A stretch of DNA of 63,589 bases from Octopus bimaculoides. Its lineage: Eukaryota. The notes beneath the pieces were generated by a model. That model was not told the DNA's origin, made no database searches, and worked only from the letters and a program-made list of their open reading frames with translations. The position numbers and the translations under genes are program-made. Every line of letters starts with the position of its first letter. Within the stretch, counting starts at the first letter, position 1. The DNA lies in assembly GCF_001194135.2 (NCBI RefSeq), contig NC_068982.1, positions 158,676,524 to 158,740,112 of the forward strand, given 5' to 3'. Shown in pieces: positions 42,126 to 54,696 of the stretch.

Positions 42126-44439
42126 GAAAGTAACAAATTATGTAAAACATACGTGGTTAATATATTTTGCAGAATAGAAATGAAATTGTTTTTGAATCAT
42201 TAATACAAATTCATTGAAAATGCTTCGCTTTTATTCGTAGCCTATATTCTCGCCAGTTTGCAGTAGGATAGCCTTAATTCTTCAATACCGGGATCAAATA
42301 TATTACAGCTGTGTCTATTTCAAATACTGCACACTTACGAACACACAATTTAATCTTTCCTTTTAGAACCACAGCATGTTTTTGCAATTTGGCTGCTTCC
42401 ACCTTAATACGTAGAAGTATATATGTTTTCTGGTGGTGATTTCCTTTACCTCTCAACTAAGCTAAATTGAAAATATACGCAATGAAATAGTTTCAAGAGT
42501 ATACATTACGGGTTTAGATATGGTTTATCAAGAACTGCATTACACCACGTACACTTTTCTATTTCGAAAGGATAATACGGCATAGAAAGTGAGTGATTAA
42601 GCTAAAATTTCTATTACATACAGAATGGGGGAAAATGTATTAGCGACATGAGCAAACAAGAGATTATTTAAGATCTCAAATTATTTATCACGTTCTTATA
42701 TATATGTTCTTTACAAAATATATTTTCTTTTTCTGTTCATTTTTATTTCCTGAGTTAACGCCAGAAATAATTTATTTGCAATCACCAAAGTAATAATAAA
42801 CACGAAACATAAGTGCGTCTGTAAAAATATTTAGTATAAGAATAATAATGTCAATTCCAGACGAAATATTTGCTCAAACTTAAAAGAAAAAAAAAGTAAC
42901 GCTAAGAGAGACATTTGTTCTGTAGTTCATGCACGCTATTGGTTTGAATCATATTTTCTCTCACACACCTACAAACCACACATACATACATAGATGCATA
43001 CATACAAGCATACCTACCAATAAATCTGTATATAAATATATGTGTATATATATATACATAGAGAGAGAGAGAGAGATAGATATACTTTTACAACCAGATA
43101 TACAGAAACATCTATACTCACATGCGTATATACATGTCAATAAACATACCATTACAGAAGCATACATGAATAAACAATCATAGAACAAAGACAACCAAAG
43201 ATTCTTCACGAACTACATCTTGCACTCTCTAAGTATATGTTACTATGTACGAAGAACTTCTATTGTTTTTCATAAGTTTTCCTCTCACATTTACTTAAGA
43301 TTTTATAGATACGTCGCGGTAAATAAAGATAAAATGTATAACTTGGAAAAGAAAAATTAATATTATAACACATTTACAATAGAAACAAAAAGTATCAATT
43401 GAAATATTGAAAGAGAATATATTTATTAATTTATTTATTTTATTAGTGTGAATAATATAAAATAAAATATAATTCTCACCTTTAACTCATAATAATTCAG
43501 TTTTTTTTATTACATACATTTTTCAACATTTTCGTAAAATTTTGATTTCTTTATGTATTTACATATTTGTGTGGTAAATAGCTTCTATAAATTTTCATAT
43601 ACACACACACCCTCCTGTATCTGATTATCTCAATATGTAAATGTAATTATATGCGTTTGTTGCTGGCATGTGTGTGTGGCTCAGTGTGTATGCATGTATA
43701 CATTCATACATACATGAATATATATTTTATCTGTACAAATGTATGCAAGTATGTGTGTGTGTTTGTGTGTGTGCATGTGTATAATGATACTTTCACGGTT
43801 ACCAGACAGACGTCATGGTCATGCTGGTGCAACGCAATTTATACATATTCTGATGTATATGTATATATATATATATATATATNNNNNNNNNNNNNNNNNN
43901 NNNNNNNNNNNNNNNNNNNNNNNNNNNNNNNNNNNNNNNNNNNNNNNNNNNNNNNNNNNNNNNNNNNNNNNNNNNNNNNNNNNNNNNNNNNNNNNNNNNN
44001 NNNNNNNNNNNNNNNNNNNNNNNNNNNNNNNNNNNNNNNNNNNNNNNNNNNNNNNNNNNNNNNNNNNNNNNNNNNNNNNNNNNNNNNNNNNNNNNNNNNN
44101 NNNNNNNNNNNNNNNNNNNNNNNNNNNNNNNNNNNNNNNNNNNNNNNNNNNNNNNNNNNNNNNNNNNNNNNNNNNNNNNNNNNNNNNNNNNNNNNNNNNN
44201 NNNNNNNNNNNNNNNNNNNNNNNNNNNNNNNNNNNNNNNNNNNNNNNNNNNNNNNNNNNNNNNNNNNNNNNNNNNNNNNNNNNNNNNNNNNNNNNNNNNN
44301 NNNNNNNNNNNNNNNNNNNNNNNNNNNNNNNNNNNNNNNNNNNNNNNNNNNNNNNNNNNNNNNNNNNNNNNNNNNNNNNNNNNNNNNNNNNNNNNNNNNN
44401 NNNNNNNNNNNNNNNNNNNNNNNNNNNNNNNNNNNNNNN

Positions 44440-44562
44440 AGAAGAAGAAGAAGAAGAAGAAGAAGAAGAAGAAGAAGAAGAAGAAGAAGAAGAAGAAGAA
44501 GAAGAAGAAGAAGAAGAAGAAGAAGAAGAAGAAGAAGAAGAAGAAGAGAGAGAGAGAGAGAG
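44440..44562 (+). repeat. (GAA)n(GA)n microsatellite abutting a gap
   Basis: Read directly. Confidence 0.97.
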
Positions 44563-44699
44563 ATCAGGAAGTTAAATATTATCGCCGGTCATGGAGTAGC
44601 TATTGGATTCTTGTTTTCTCACCTATGAAGCACGTAGCAGTATACTTTGATACTTTGATAGGTTTCGGCCATTATTGACCCAGGCTGTGTTTAACTAAA

Positions 44700-46260
44700 T
44701 AGCATCACCTGGCAAAGTAATTCAAATCAGGAATCAGACAACATGGCCCACTCGAGGCGAGAGTTATTGTTTATGGAGACACATCCGGGTGTATGAGGTT
44801 TATCCGGGATTTTTGGAAGGAACTCGAAATTTATGGGGTCTGTTTCTGCTTTAATGTGTTTTGGTAATGTTTAAGACAGCGGAACCAATTGAGGTGAAAT
44901 AATTGTGCCGTATTGTTGTTATGTGATGCGAGTATGATTTATGTTGTGGTTGGATATCAGGTGCGGTGGGGGTCAAGTCTTGGGCGTATCTTAAAGGCTA
45001 TGCCAGCATCATTCAGGCAATGCTGATGCAATATTTTCCACATCATGCAGATGATGTTGCGCTCCCGGCGGCGTTGGAAAGAATAAAACTTAAGATTTTC
45101 TAGTCGACCCCAATAGTCAAGGTCTGTCATGCCACCAGGCTTTTTATAATTCACCTTTGAGGTTCCTCAATTTTCACGATACTTTATTTCGTGTGAGGGG
45201 ACCACAGGGGACAACTGAATTATAGGTGAGGTCATGCTGAAGTAGAGAAGAGACGGAAAATGGTGGGGATATCTCACGACTGGACAGTTCTGAGAATCCA
45301 CGATCACATTCAGTGGGCCATGCTGTTTATAGGAGCGGCCCATGTTTTTGTCCAGAATTACTCCCAAGTCTCTGATGTTGTTGGATGCCATGAGTGTTTC
45401 ACCTGAAGGAAGGGAATATGGGAGTTTCCGAGTATCCTCTTTTCCGAAGTGGATTAACTGATATTTGTCTTCGTTCAGCTGTATATTATTCTTTTCTGCC
45501 CATTCGATGACAGTCAGTAAATCTGACTAAAGGCATGTTCGGTCACCTCTATATTGATGACCTTCTGGATCTTCTAATCATCTGCAAATATTCTTATGCT
45601 ACTGTGCTTGATGATGACAGTAATGTCATTGATATAGAGGATGAAAAGAAGTGGACCCATCATAGTGCATTGTTGAACACCACTACTGACTTTGCCTAGG
45701 CTTGATTTTACTCCGACTACAACGTGTTGGGTTCTGTCTGTCAGGAAACACTTGATCCATTGTAGTAACTTTCCAGAGAAACCAATGCTGGATAGTTTTT
45801 TTCAAGAGTACTTTATAATCCATCCTTTCAAAGGCCTTCCTGAAATCAAGGTAGACGACATCAATATTTGAGCTCTTTCCCAAATCTCTCGAAATGTTGT
45901 CCAGTTGATGCAGGAGCTGCATTAGGCAGTTCCTTCCATTACGGAACCCATATTGGTTGGGGTTAGAGCAGTCTGTTGATTTCAAGTAAGTGTGATATCT
46001 GTGATCTCACCACCCTCTCAAATACCTTGATGTCATGAGAGGTAACTTCACTGCAAGGGACTTGATTCACTTTTTGAAAACTGGGAAAACGGACGGGGGA
46101 CAGAAATTTCTCAGGAATATGACTAGCATCCAGTGAGTTCCTCCATAGATTACCAAGAGGAGATGCAAATTGGTGTCGGCCCACCTTCAGGGCACAAGCA
46201 AGGAACCTACCAGGGCATACTACTAAACTGTGTTTGATTTCGTTTATTACCGCTAAGATA
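44700..46260 (-). mobile_element. 5'-truncated CR1/L2-type LINE, RT domain and C-terminus, frameshifted
   Basis: Fragments in order on the minus strand: PLGNLWRNSLDASHIPEKF; NQYGFRNGRNCLMQLL...DVVYLDFRKAF; GPLLFILYINDIT...IRIFADD; NIRDLGVILD; DYWGRLENLKFYSFQRRRERNIICMMWKIL. Confidence 0.92.
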
Positions 46261-47164
46261 TCAAGGGCGCCACATTTCTCTCCGATATTATGAGTTGAGG
46301 ATTAACATCACAGTTACATAATGAAATAATTTTATTCTCAAATGCAGGACAATGCTAATAATGTAGCATATACAGGATAAACTACCCATATTTGGATTGC
46401 TAAAAACAGAGCAGTACTATTTCTGCAGTATCTTACTCATGGTTTTGGCATTATCTTGGAGATTGCTATTTTCATTAATTAGTGTAGGCAGTGACCTTGT
46501 GTGTTTTTTTTTTCCTCAAAAGAGAAGAACACTTTGGTATTGAATTTGATGTTCTCAACGGCCCATTTCTCCTCAGCTGTTCTTTGGTCATTGGTGATAG
46601 TTTATATATATATATATATATATATNNNNNNNNNNNNNNNNNNNNNNNNNNNNNNNNNNNNNNNNNNNNNNNNNNNNNNNNNNNNNNNNNNNNNNNNNNN
46701 NNNNNNNNNNNNNNNNNNNNNNNNNNNNNNNNNNNNNNNNNNNNNNNNNNNNNNNNNNNNNNNNNNNNNNNNNNNNNNNNNNNNNNNNNNNNNNNNNNNN
46801 NNNNNNNNNNNNNNNNNNNNNNNNNNNNNNNNNNNNNNNNNNNNNNNNNNNNNNNNNNNNNNNNNNNNNNNNNNNNNNNNNNNNNNNNNNNNNNNNNNNN
46901 NNNNNNNNNNNNNNNNNNNNNNNNNNNNNNNNNNNNNNNNNNNNNNNNNNNNNNNNNNNNNNNNNNNNNNNNNNNNNNNNNNNNNNNNNNNNNNNNNNNN
47001 NNNNNNNNNNNNNNNNNNNNNNNNNNNNNNNNNNNNNNNNNNNNNNNNNNNNNNNNNNNNNNNNNNNNNNNNNNNNNNNNNNNNNNNNNNNNNNNNNNNN
47101 NNNNNNNNNNNNNNNNNNNNNNNNTTTAAAAAATCAATTTTTAATCAGCATCGATGCCTCAAAA

Positions 47165-47620
47165 GTCGTAAAATTTCAGTATTTTTCGCACTAGCCATCG
47201 TGACATGAATTTGACGAAAAATGCCGAAGTTTTACGAAAAATGTTTATTAAAGCTTATTAACGGTAATCTATTTAGCATGCGAATTGTTTTGATTTACTA
47301 AAACTTTTTATTTCAATTCGTTGTTTTAATTCCCCAGCGTTTCAGGTTTTGATTAGGTAAGGGCATATTATTTCTCAAGCAAAATTTAGGTATTTTGCGC
47401 ACGAGCCGTTGTGACATCAATTTGACGAAATCTGCCCCAAAGCGTAAAATTTCGCCATTTTACGCACATGCCTCGAAATGACGATGACACGGGTTCGCCA
47501 GCAGACTTTTTTTCGTCAAATTGGCCCTATATTCTTAATTTTTGGAAAATGTCGAAGGTTGACGAAAAATGTTTCATGGCTATAAACAGACATCTTATTA
47601 ACGGAAATGTATTACCGGGT
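47165..47620. repeat. Array of diverged ~55-bp modules, candidate DNA-transposon subterminal repeats
   Basis: aaaattt..gtattt..cgcac.agcc.t.gtgacat.aatttgacgaaa at ~47170 and ~47381, with a partial copy at ~47443. cgaag.tt.acgaaaaatgttt...cttattaacgg.aat.tatt occurs at ~47225 and ~47553. Confidence 0.55.
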
Positions 47621-48460
47621 ACCTCAGCCAGTCTTTAAATATACTTATGCTGTTGGTCTATGCAATACATATTAAAATATTAATTTCCCGTAGCAGTATA
47701 GACGCATGAGCAAATTATCAAGAGCTATATTTCGAACCTATAAGCTCCGAGATATTCTTCTGTCTGATGTATAACTAGCAATTGCATACACCATAACCAC
47801 AGTTTCGGTCAGTCTTGTTCGATGGCCCAACATTTCGAAACACTATTATACTGATTCTGGTTGAAATTTTGTTAATCTATCAACTTCTCTGAAATTACCA
47901 GCTCCATACGTTCTTATATAAAGAGTATACAGATGTGTTAACCTAACACCTGAAAATCCTTTGCCGTTTCAAGTAAATAAATCAATCATAAAAATTGAAC
48001 TTTAACACATTTATTTAAATGTTAAAAGAAATATTTTAGAGACGAAAAAAGGTTAATGTACAAGGTCTTGTGGAAGTTAGACAGTTTTCCGGCGAGGATA
48101 TGTGCTAGCTTACATCTATAGTATTATAATAAAGTCAATCAATAATTCATTCAGTGTGAGGTATATAAAATGGTTTATACAAATATCATATTAATTATTT
48201 CCCAAAACACAATAGCCTAACTTTATATTGAATTAAAACTTTAAGTTCAAATATTTTGAGATTAGAATGAAATAAGTTAATTCATGCGTATAGAGAAAAG
48301 GTACTCAGTAGAAATTTTATTTGGGAGATAAACATACACAGCCAATTACATACGCAATTATATATATATAAATATATATACACATATACACCCATGTTTG
48401 TATGTATAGACTATTTTATATGTATATAATATATAGATTCATAGATGCATATGATATATG

Positions 48461-48583
<123 letters not shown>

Positions 48584-49210
48584 TGTGTGTGTGTGTTATG
48601 TATTTAGAAGGTTGATTTTTGTGGCTGGTCGGAGAGTGAACATTGGTTTTGCACCAATAAAGCGCTTAGTTGTATATGCGACTCGTCAGACTCAAACGGC
48701 GAGAGGCAAAAATGGTCTCTAAAACTGGAGGGAGGAAAATATCATAATTAGTTTTATAAACAATGAATATATATCCGGAATAAACCTTGCAGGTCGAGTT
48801 TCGGACGGGACGATGTTATCTCTCTTACATCGGTTCCAACGGTAACGGTTTAAGAAGATGTTGGTGTACTCCTATAAGGTAAATGGGGAATTCCAAGCTT
48901 GCAATAGAAAACTTCTCAAATGAGGGTATTGACTAAGCACATCCTTTCTGGAATTTTAAAAACGCCCCCAGATCAAGCGAGTTTTCTCTCGGCAAAGTAA
49001 ATCTTACATCGTTTGGTCTCGTTGATAGATGACACCAATTGTTCTGGACCTCGTCTTCTAAAGGCCAGGGACTTGATGTATCTGTGTATCTAACTCTCCA
49101 CAAAAAGACACAGACATAAACCCACACATGGTATATATAAATCAAAAGACACACTATTATCGATCTGTTTTAGCCAAACTGAAATGCATGTTTCCAAGGG
49201 TATATTACTA

Positions 49211-49312
49211 CATTGGTAGAGGGCTGGCCGGATCCATCCGGCCAGCCCTCTACCAATGGATCCATCCTAAGTATTTCTAAGGATCCTTCCTCTAGGATGG
49301 ATCCTTAGAAAT
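49211..49312. other. Twin hairpins: perfect 23-bp palindrome plus a 14+4-bp hairpin
   Basis: cattggtagagggctggccggat-cc-atccggccagccctctaccaatg (49211-49258), then atttctaaggatcc-t-tcct-ct-agga-t-ggatccttagaaat (49273-49312). Confidence 0.95.
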
Positions 49313-49853
49313 TTCAATCCAAGTGTATAGGAAGCATAATATTCTTCTGGGGGTTTAAGTCCTCTGCTGCTTAGACTGCTGCTCCCGACTATGGTAACAA
49401 ACAGTGTAAATTAACGGCCGGGATCGAAACAATCCAGCGAAGCTACACAAATTAAATCGTGTCAATGCGGCATGTCAGCTACTGGGAAAAGTCGAAAAAG
49501 CTATTAGTCTACTCCCTAAAACGGTGGCGATAAAAATATGCAATGATATAGACCAGGAAAATCATGGAAGGTCTTGGACCAAATTCTGGCATTGAAAGTT
49601 ACACAGTCAGCAGAACAGAGCGTCACTGATTAATACCAATGATACTAAAATCGCCGTGCAGTTGCTTGGTGTTCAAGAGACCACAGCTCTTTATTATGTA
49701 TGGAGTGGTGGATGTTAGTGTCTGCAAATGAAAACTGGATTTCTTCTTTCAAGGAACCTAGACAAGCCTACATCACAGTAGGAAACGCAAATGAGGGCAC
49801 TAGCACCAATTCCCTCATTGAGCAAATGACACAAACGATATATATGTATATGT

Positions 49854-49893
<40 letters not shown>

Positions 49894-50129
49894 TACACAA
49901 TTCTATTTACCCTGAATAGATCNNNNNNNNNNNNNNNNNNNNNNNNNNNNNNNNNNNNNNNNNNNNNNNNNNNNNNNNNNNNNNNNNNNNNNNNNNNNNN
50001 NNNNNNNNNNNNNNNNNNNNNNNNNNNNNNNNNNNNNNNNNNNNNNNNNNNNNNNNNNNNNNNNNNNNNNNNNNNNNNNNNNNNNNNNNNNNNNNNNNNN
50101 NNNNNNNNNNNNNNNNNNNNNNNTATATA

Positions 50130-50160
<31 letters not shown>

Positions 50161-50199
50161 TACACAATTCTATTTACCCTGAATAGATCTCTTTTCCTC

Positions 50200-52090
50200 C
50201 CTCAAATTTATTCACGTACCAAGCTTCACTGCAACACTCGTTACACACATCAGATTGTATCCAACTAGCATGGTCACACGCAACATACAGCTTCCTGCTC
50301 CCCGCATTCTATGTTCCTCCAAATAATCATGTCAGGGATTTGCCGGATTTCCTTATAAATGACAGTAGAATTGCTTCACAATTGACGTATCAGAAACAGA
50401 TATGCGGGAAAATTAGATTATTATATTTGACATGTCCTTCCTTTCTACAACAATCATTCCATGATTTATATGGCTTAATTGATTGTAGTGCAAATGTGCA
50501 TGCAACAATCAAGGCGTACAGCACTTCGTGAATCTCACACAGCTTCAAATGCTTGGCTGCGTTTGCATAAGAACTCAACGTCTGCGAAAGCAGTTTCAAA
50601 GACATGAATTATGACGTTGTGCATTGCATAGCTCTCAACATAACACGTCTTTCAAACTACAGCTGGGTCTTTTACGAAAAGCATATTTACCTATTGTACA
50701 GAATCCTCTTACTATCCTCTTTACACTTTACGCATCACCTCCAAATCTATCCATATCGACGTTTTAATCCTCTCACAATGAAAAAACACATTTCAAGAAG
50801 CCAAGTCTGAAATTTCATTCGGTCATTTCACACTAAATCGGCAATTTTAATAGCTAAGACTGAGTCTCTTCTCTTTCCCCATCATTGATCTTAAGTCTTA
50901 CCAATTTCCCTTTGGTAACAAATTTATGGCTTTTGTAGATTCATTTTTCAGCAATTTTCTTCTATGACACACCAGTTAGCACTGGCCTTACATTTATTAC
51001 AATGAATATTGTTGCGCTTGACATCAGCTTTCGACTGCGAGAATTCTATCGTAACTGTGTACCTAGTTATCTCACTTGTTGCTCATCACTTGGATTCTAC
51101 GTTTATCATTAGATTACCCTAAGAGGGTATACTGAAAAGTTCCTGGTTTTAAAGATATCGCGAAAGGCCTAGTTGGAGGCTCAAACTTTCGAGTTCTTTT
51201 ACAGGGATTCGAAAAACCAAAGGACCGCTGCAGTGAATGAAACTGAGAATGGAATATGGTGAATAAAATCATAGTTAACTGATGCTCCTGTGTTTTTCTT
51301 TTGCCCAATGCCAGAAACTTTTCAGCACACCTTCATATTTCGAAGTGGGTTGAGGGAGTACTTTGCGTACGTCACACTCTCATTTCTACCATGTCCCAGG
51401 ATTTGTCTTTGCACTCCATTCTCATTTTTCTGTACGTAAGTGAACGTCAAACCCTCTCTAAAACAACGAGCCGGTCTTAGATAACATATCCTTCATTGGT
51501 ATTTAACCTTCCTGAAATATGTATCACGAACCGCAACATAGAGAGTATACGTGTAACAAGCAGCGATACAATGAACAATACTTCGATAGCTATTCTCTTT
51601 GCTAATCTTGCTTCTTTTCTCTGCAAGTTACAAATGTTACTCATATCAAGCATTTTTACACATCCCCTGAAAAATAAGTGGTACGCCATTAAATCCGTCA
51701 TGGTTGCTTGAATTATTGGTCAACGATGTTCTCTCCTGTCGAAATCAGATCCCTAACATAGTTACGACAGTATCTCAATGATTGGCCTCCCTAGTCAGGA
51801 CCAAGAGATAATTCATCCTCAGCAAATTTTGACAGAATTTAGATGAGATTACAAATCGAATATTTCTCCCACATATGGGATGTTACTACTAATGCGGTCA
51901 GTTATAGACATATAACATATCTCGAAAAGGCTAATACAAAAGCTTACATAAGTCAGTCACATATAGGTTCCAACTGCTGGTCCACATACATACTGTCTCC
52001 TCACTCTCATCTCCCTCACATTATTCGTTTCCGTTTCTCTACTTGAAGGAGGTAAATGCCTTTGTACCACGACAACACAGTTGTCTTCAA
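50200..52090 (+). mobile_element. Highly decayed CR1/Jockey-type LINE RT, interrupted by the MITE at 51120-51337
   Basis: Degenerate motifs in the expected order: VVHCIALNIT (like VALDISKAF, ~50620), LLITWILR (~51080), a VPQ..V.APILIFLYVSE-like segment (like GVPQGSVLGPILFLIYINDL, ~51393-51445) and RLQIEYFSHIW (like RPQMEYCSHIW, ~51846). Boundaries are approximate. Confidence 0.65.
51120..51337. mobile_element. Mariner-derived MITE (~218 bp)
   Basis: Imperfect ~29-bp TIRs: taagagggtatactgaaaagttcctggtt versus the reverse complement of the right end, tatgaaggtgtgctgaaaagtttctggca. No ORF. Confidence 0.8.
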
Positions 52091-52976
52091 ATCACATGTT
52101 TTTTGTTTTTATTACTCTTGCTGAGTCAAATCTGCAACTACTACGAAACTAAGCGTTATGCCTGTCCCTGTCTTCCTTGAACACTGCTGCAAAATTCAAT
52201 ACCACTTCATATCTTATAGTAATCAAGTGTCACACTAAAGGCATTAATTTCCCCGTTGTCAAGAGACTGCAAAAGGCATAAGCAACGTTTCTTCCTCCAT
52301 AACCAACAATTGGTGAAACTAAATATGATGGCCGATCGGGCTTAATCACACTGAAGGGCCTACTTGTGTTCATGTAGGTACAGTCAAAATCACATCGGTT
52401 AACAATTCAGTTCTCCCATTAGCAGGAGGAATTCCAACCACGCTTCGTGGTTTGCTACCACAACAGTTCCTTTATAGGAATAACGTCATTAAGTTAAACA
52501 CCAGTCATATTTCTTGCCTGCCGGATTAGATCGAACCGATGTCAAGTTTGACCAGAAAGTTTCCAGCAGTTACCTTCAACTTTTCCTAAGTATGAACCTA
52601 TTATTACATTATCAGATTTGTTCTTCAATTTCTTAACGAGTTAGAATTTTACTTAGATGGAGGTGGATCTGTTACTTCTAGCAGATCAGGCTCTGTATTC
52701 ACAAAATACTATTGATAGCTTCAGCTTGGTATTAATAGATGAGTTCTACGACTGCGGACTCCTCATCACTGAGTTTTATTTTAAGTAGACGTTTTTGGTA
52801 ACTTGACCGACCATGTAAATGCACCACAAATTGAATCATATAAATATCGGACAGGTCTACAAGTTTTCTTTAAATATCATCTCTTACTCCGAAGAATTGA
52901 GCTGAAATTCTGATAAAACAGAAGGGCAAATCATCACTCCAGTAAATCAAAAACTAAGTTTGTAAATTTTACTTAC

Positions 52977-53132
52977 CTCTGCGGGATGCATGGAAGCTAT
53001 CATGAGTGCGGACGTGTTGAACATCTTCAATAAGGAGGCTATTAGGTATTATTTCACTCAGAAGGTTAATTTTTTCAATCGCAGAACGGAATGCCAATTC
53101 TTGCGATTCATTTTCTTCTTCAAAGAGGGCAC
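52977..53132 (-). CDS. Internal coding exon of an ionotropic glutamate receptor (kainate-like), start of the amino-terminal (LIVBP-like) domain
   Basis: Acceptor gtttttag|GT at 53132 and donor AGAG|gtaagt at 52977; 156 bp, phase 1/phase 1, no stops. Encodes (G)ALFEEENESQELAFRSAIEKINLLSEIIPNSLLIEDVQHVRTHDSFHASRR. From memory this aligns with vertebrate GluK N-termini (GGIFE...[42 protein letters not shown]). Subfamily was assigned by eye, without a search. Confidence 0.9.
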
Positions 53133-53431
53133 CTAAAAACGACAACGGAAAACAGTTATGGTAGCAAAACATAGATCATTTGAGTATATTTCAACAGGCA
53201 TATCTATATAGATGAGGTACATGTATTATTTAAAGTAAACAGTTTTAAGGTAAGAGTCACAAGTAGACTCGTACTTCGAAAATACGTGAATAGGTAGGAT
53301 TTTATGCTGTGGTTTGTTTATTAGTAGGTCTTATCCATTAAGTTCATCGAATCATATTCTTCCTCCTCACTGGATACCTTACCCTAACGGAACAGTAAAC
53401 AATGTATGTATGTATATATGTATGCATATGC

Positions 53432-53468
<37 letters not shown>

Positions 53469-54557
53469 NNNNNNNNNNNNNNNNNNNNNNNNNNNNNNNN
53501 NNNNNNNNNNNNNNNNNNNNNNNNNNNNNNNNNNNNNNNNNNNNNNNNNNNNNNNNNNNNNNNNNNNNNNNNNNNNNNNNNNNNNNNNNNNNNNNNNNNN
53601 NNNNNNNNNNNNNNNNNNNCAAAAAGGGATAAACATCTTTTACTAGAATTTTATCAGGAAGCCAGTGTGTAAAAAAATTCATAAGAGAAATTTCTATTCC
53701 CAAGAATATAATTATTTATTTATATTTATATAAGGGGCATTACTACATACCCACACCCAGGTAAACAATTTTTATATTGCTGTTTCCTCGCTGAAGGTTA
53801 TTATACTGAGTTAATCGCTACAGAGGAAATAATGCTGCGTATGAAGCAATGCTCTTGAAAATAAACTGTGAAAACGAATGCAAGAGGATACACTCAGGAA
53901 ATCGTAAAACATTTAGGTCAAAATAGTCACATACAACCAATTTACCATAGATATACTTAACTAGAATTGATAACCAAGAAGTAAGATACCAATTATATAA
54001 GCATTAAGATGAACAGAATTGGGCACAAAAATACATTTCCATAATACACATATACAAGCAGACACATTAATATATATGGTGGCTGCATTTGATTTTTTAA
54101 AAAAATTAAGACATATTGAACTTCTGTGTGCAATGAAATTGATTCTTCTATATAATAATTAATTATCTTTTTTATTAAATATTTTTGTTACCATTTTACA
54201 AACCTAACGAATTAAGTGTGTTTCTATGTGCACCCATTTGTGTGATTATATATATATTTTTTTGTGCGTGTGTGCGGACACTCAGAAATATATACACACA
54301 TACATACATAACCCATGCTGACAGTGCTTTCTCTCTCTCAGACACACACACATACTCATTCTCTCTCTCGCGCTCTCTATCTCTCTGCCATACATTCTTT
54401 TTCCTTTCTGTTCACTTTGTATGTGTATACTTAAACGTATGTATGTGTGTGTATATATATATGTATATACATATATATACGTTAATATACATATATATAT
54501 ATACATATATTTGTATACACACACATATATGTATATGTATGTATGTATGTATGCATG

Positions 54558-54624
54558 TATAGATAGATAGATAGATAGATAGATAGATGGATGGATAGAT
54601 AGATAGATAGATAGATAGATAGAG

Positions 54625-54687
<63 letters not shown>

Positions 54688-54696
54688 AAGATAGAT
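54558..54696 (+). repeat. (GATA)n tetranucleotide microsatellite
   Basis: Read directly. Confidence 0.97.

Noticed and set aside
48633-48694. Minus-strand GAGU CUGACGA...AAAAC...UC ACUC hammerhead-like string
   Set aside because: It lacks G12 of GAAA and a closing stem II, and a competing UUGGU/ACCAA hairpin is present.
52713-53002. 10-bp inverted match (tgatagcttc/gaagctatca) between the exon and the downstream intron as an editing complementary sequence
   Set aside because: Too short, does not extend, and is compatible with chance.
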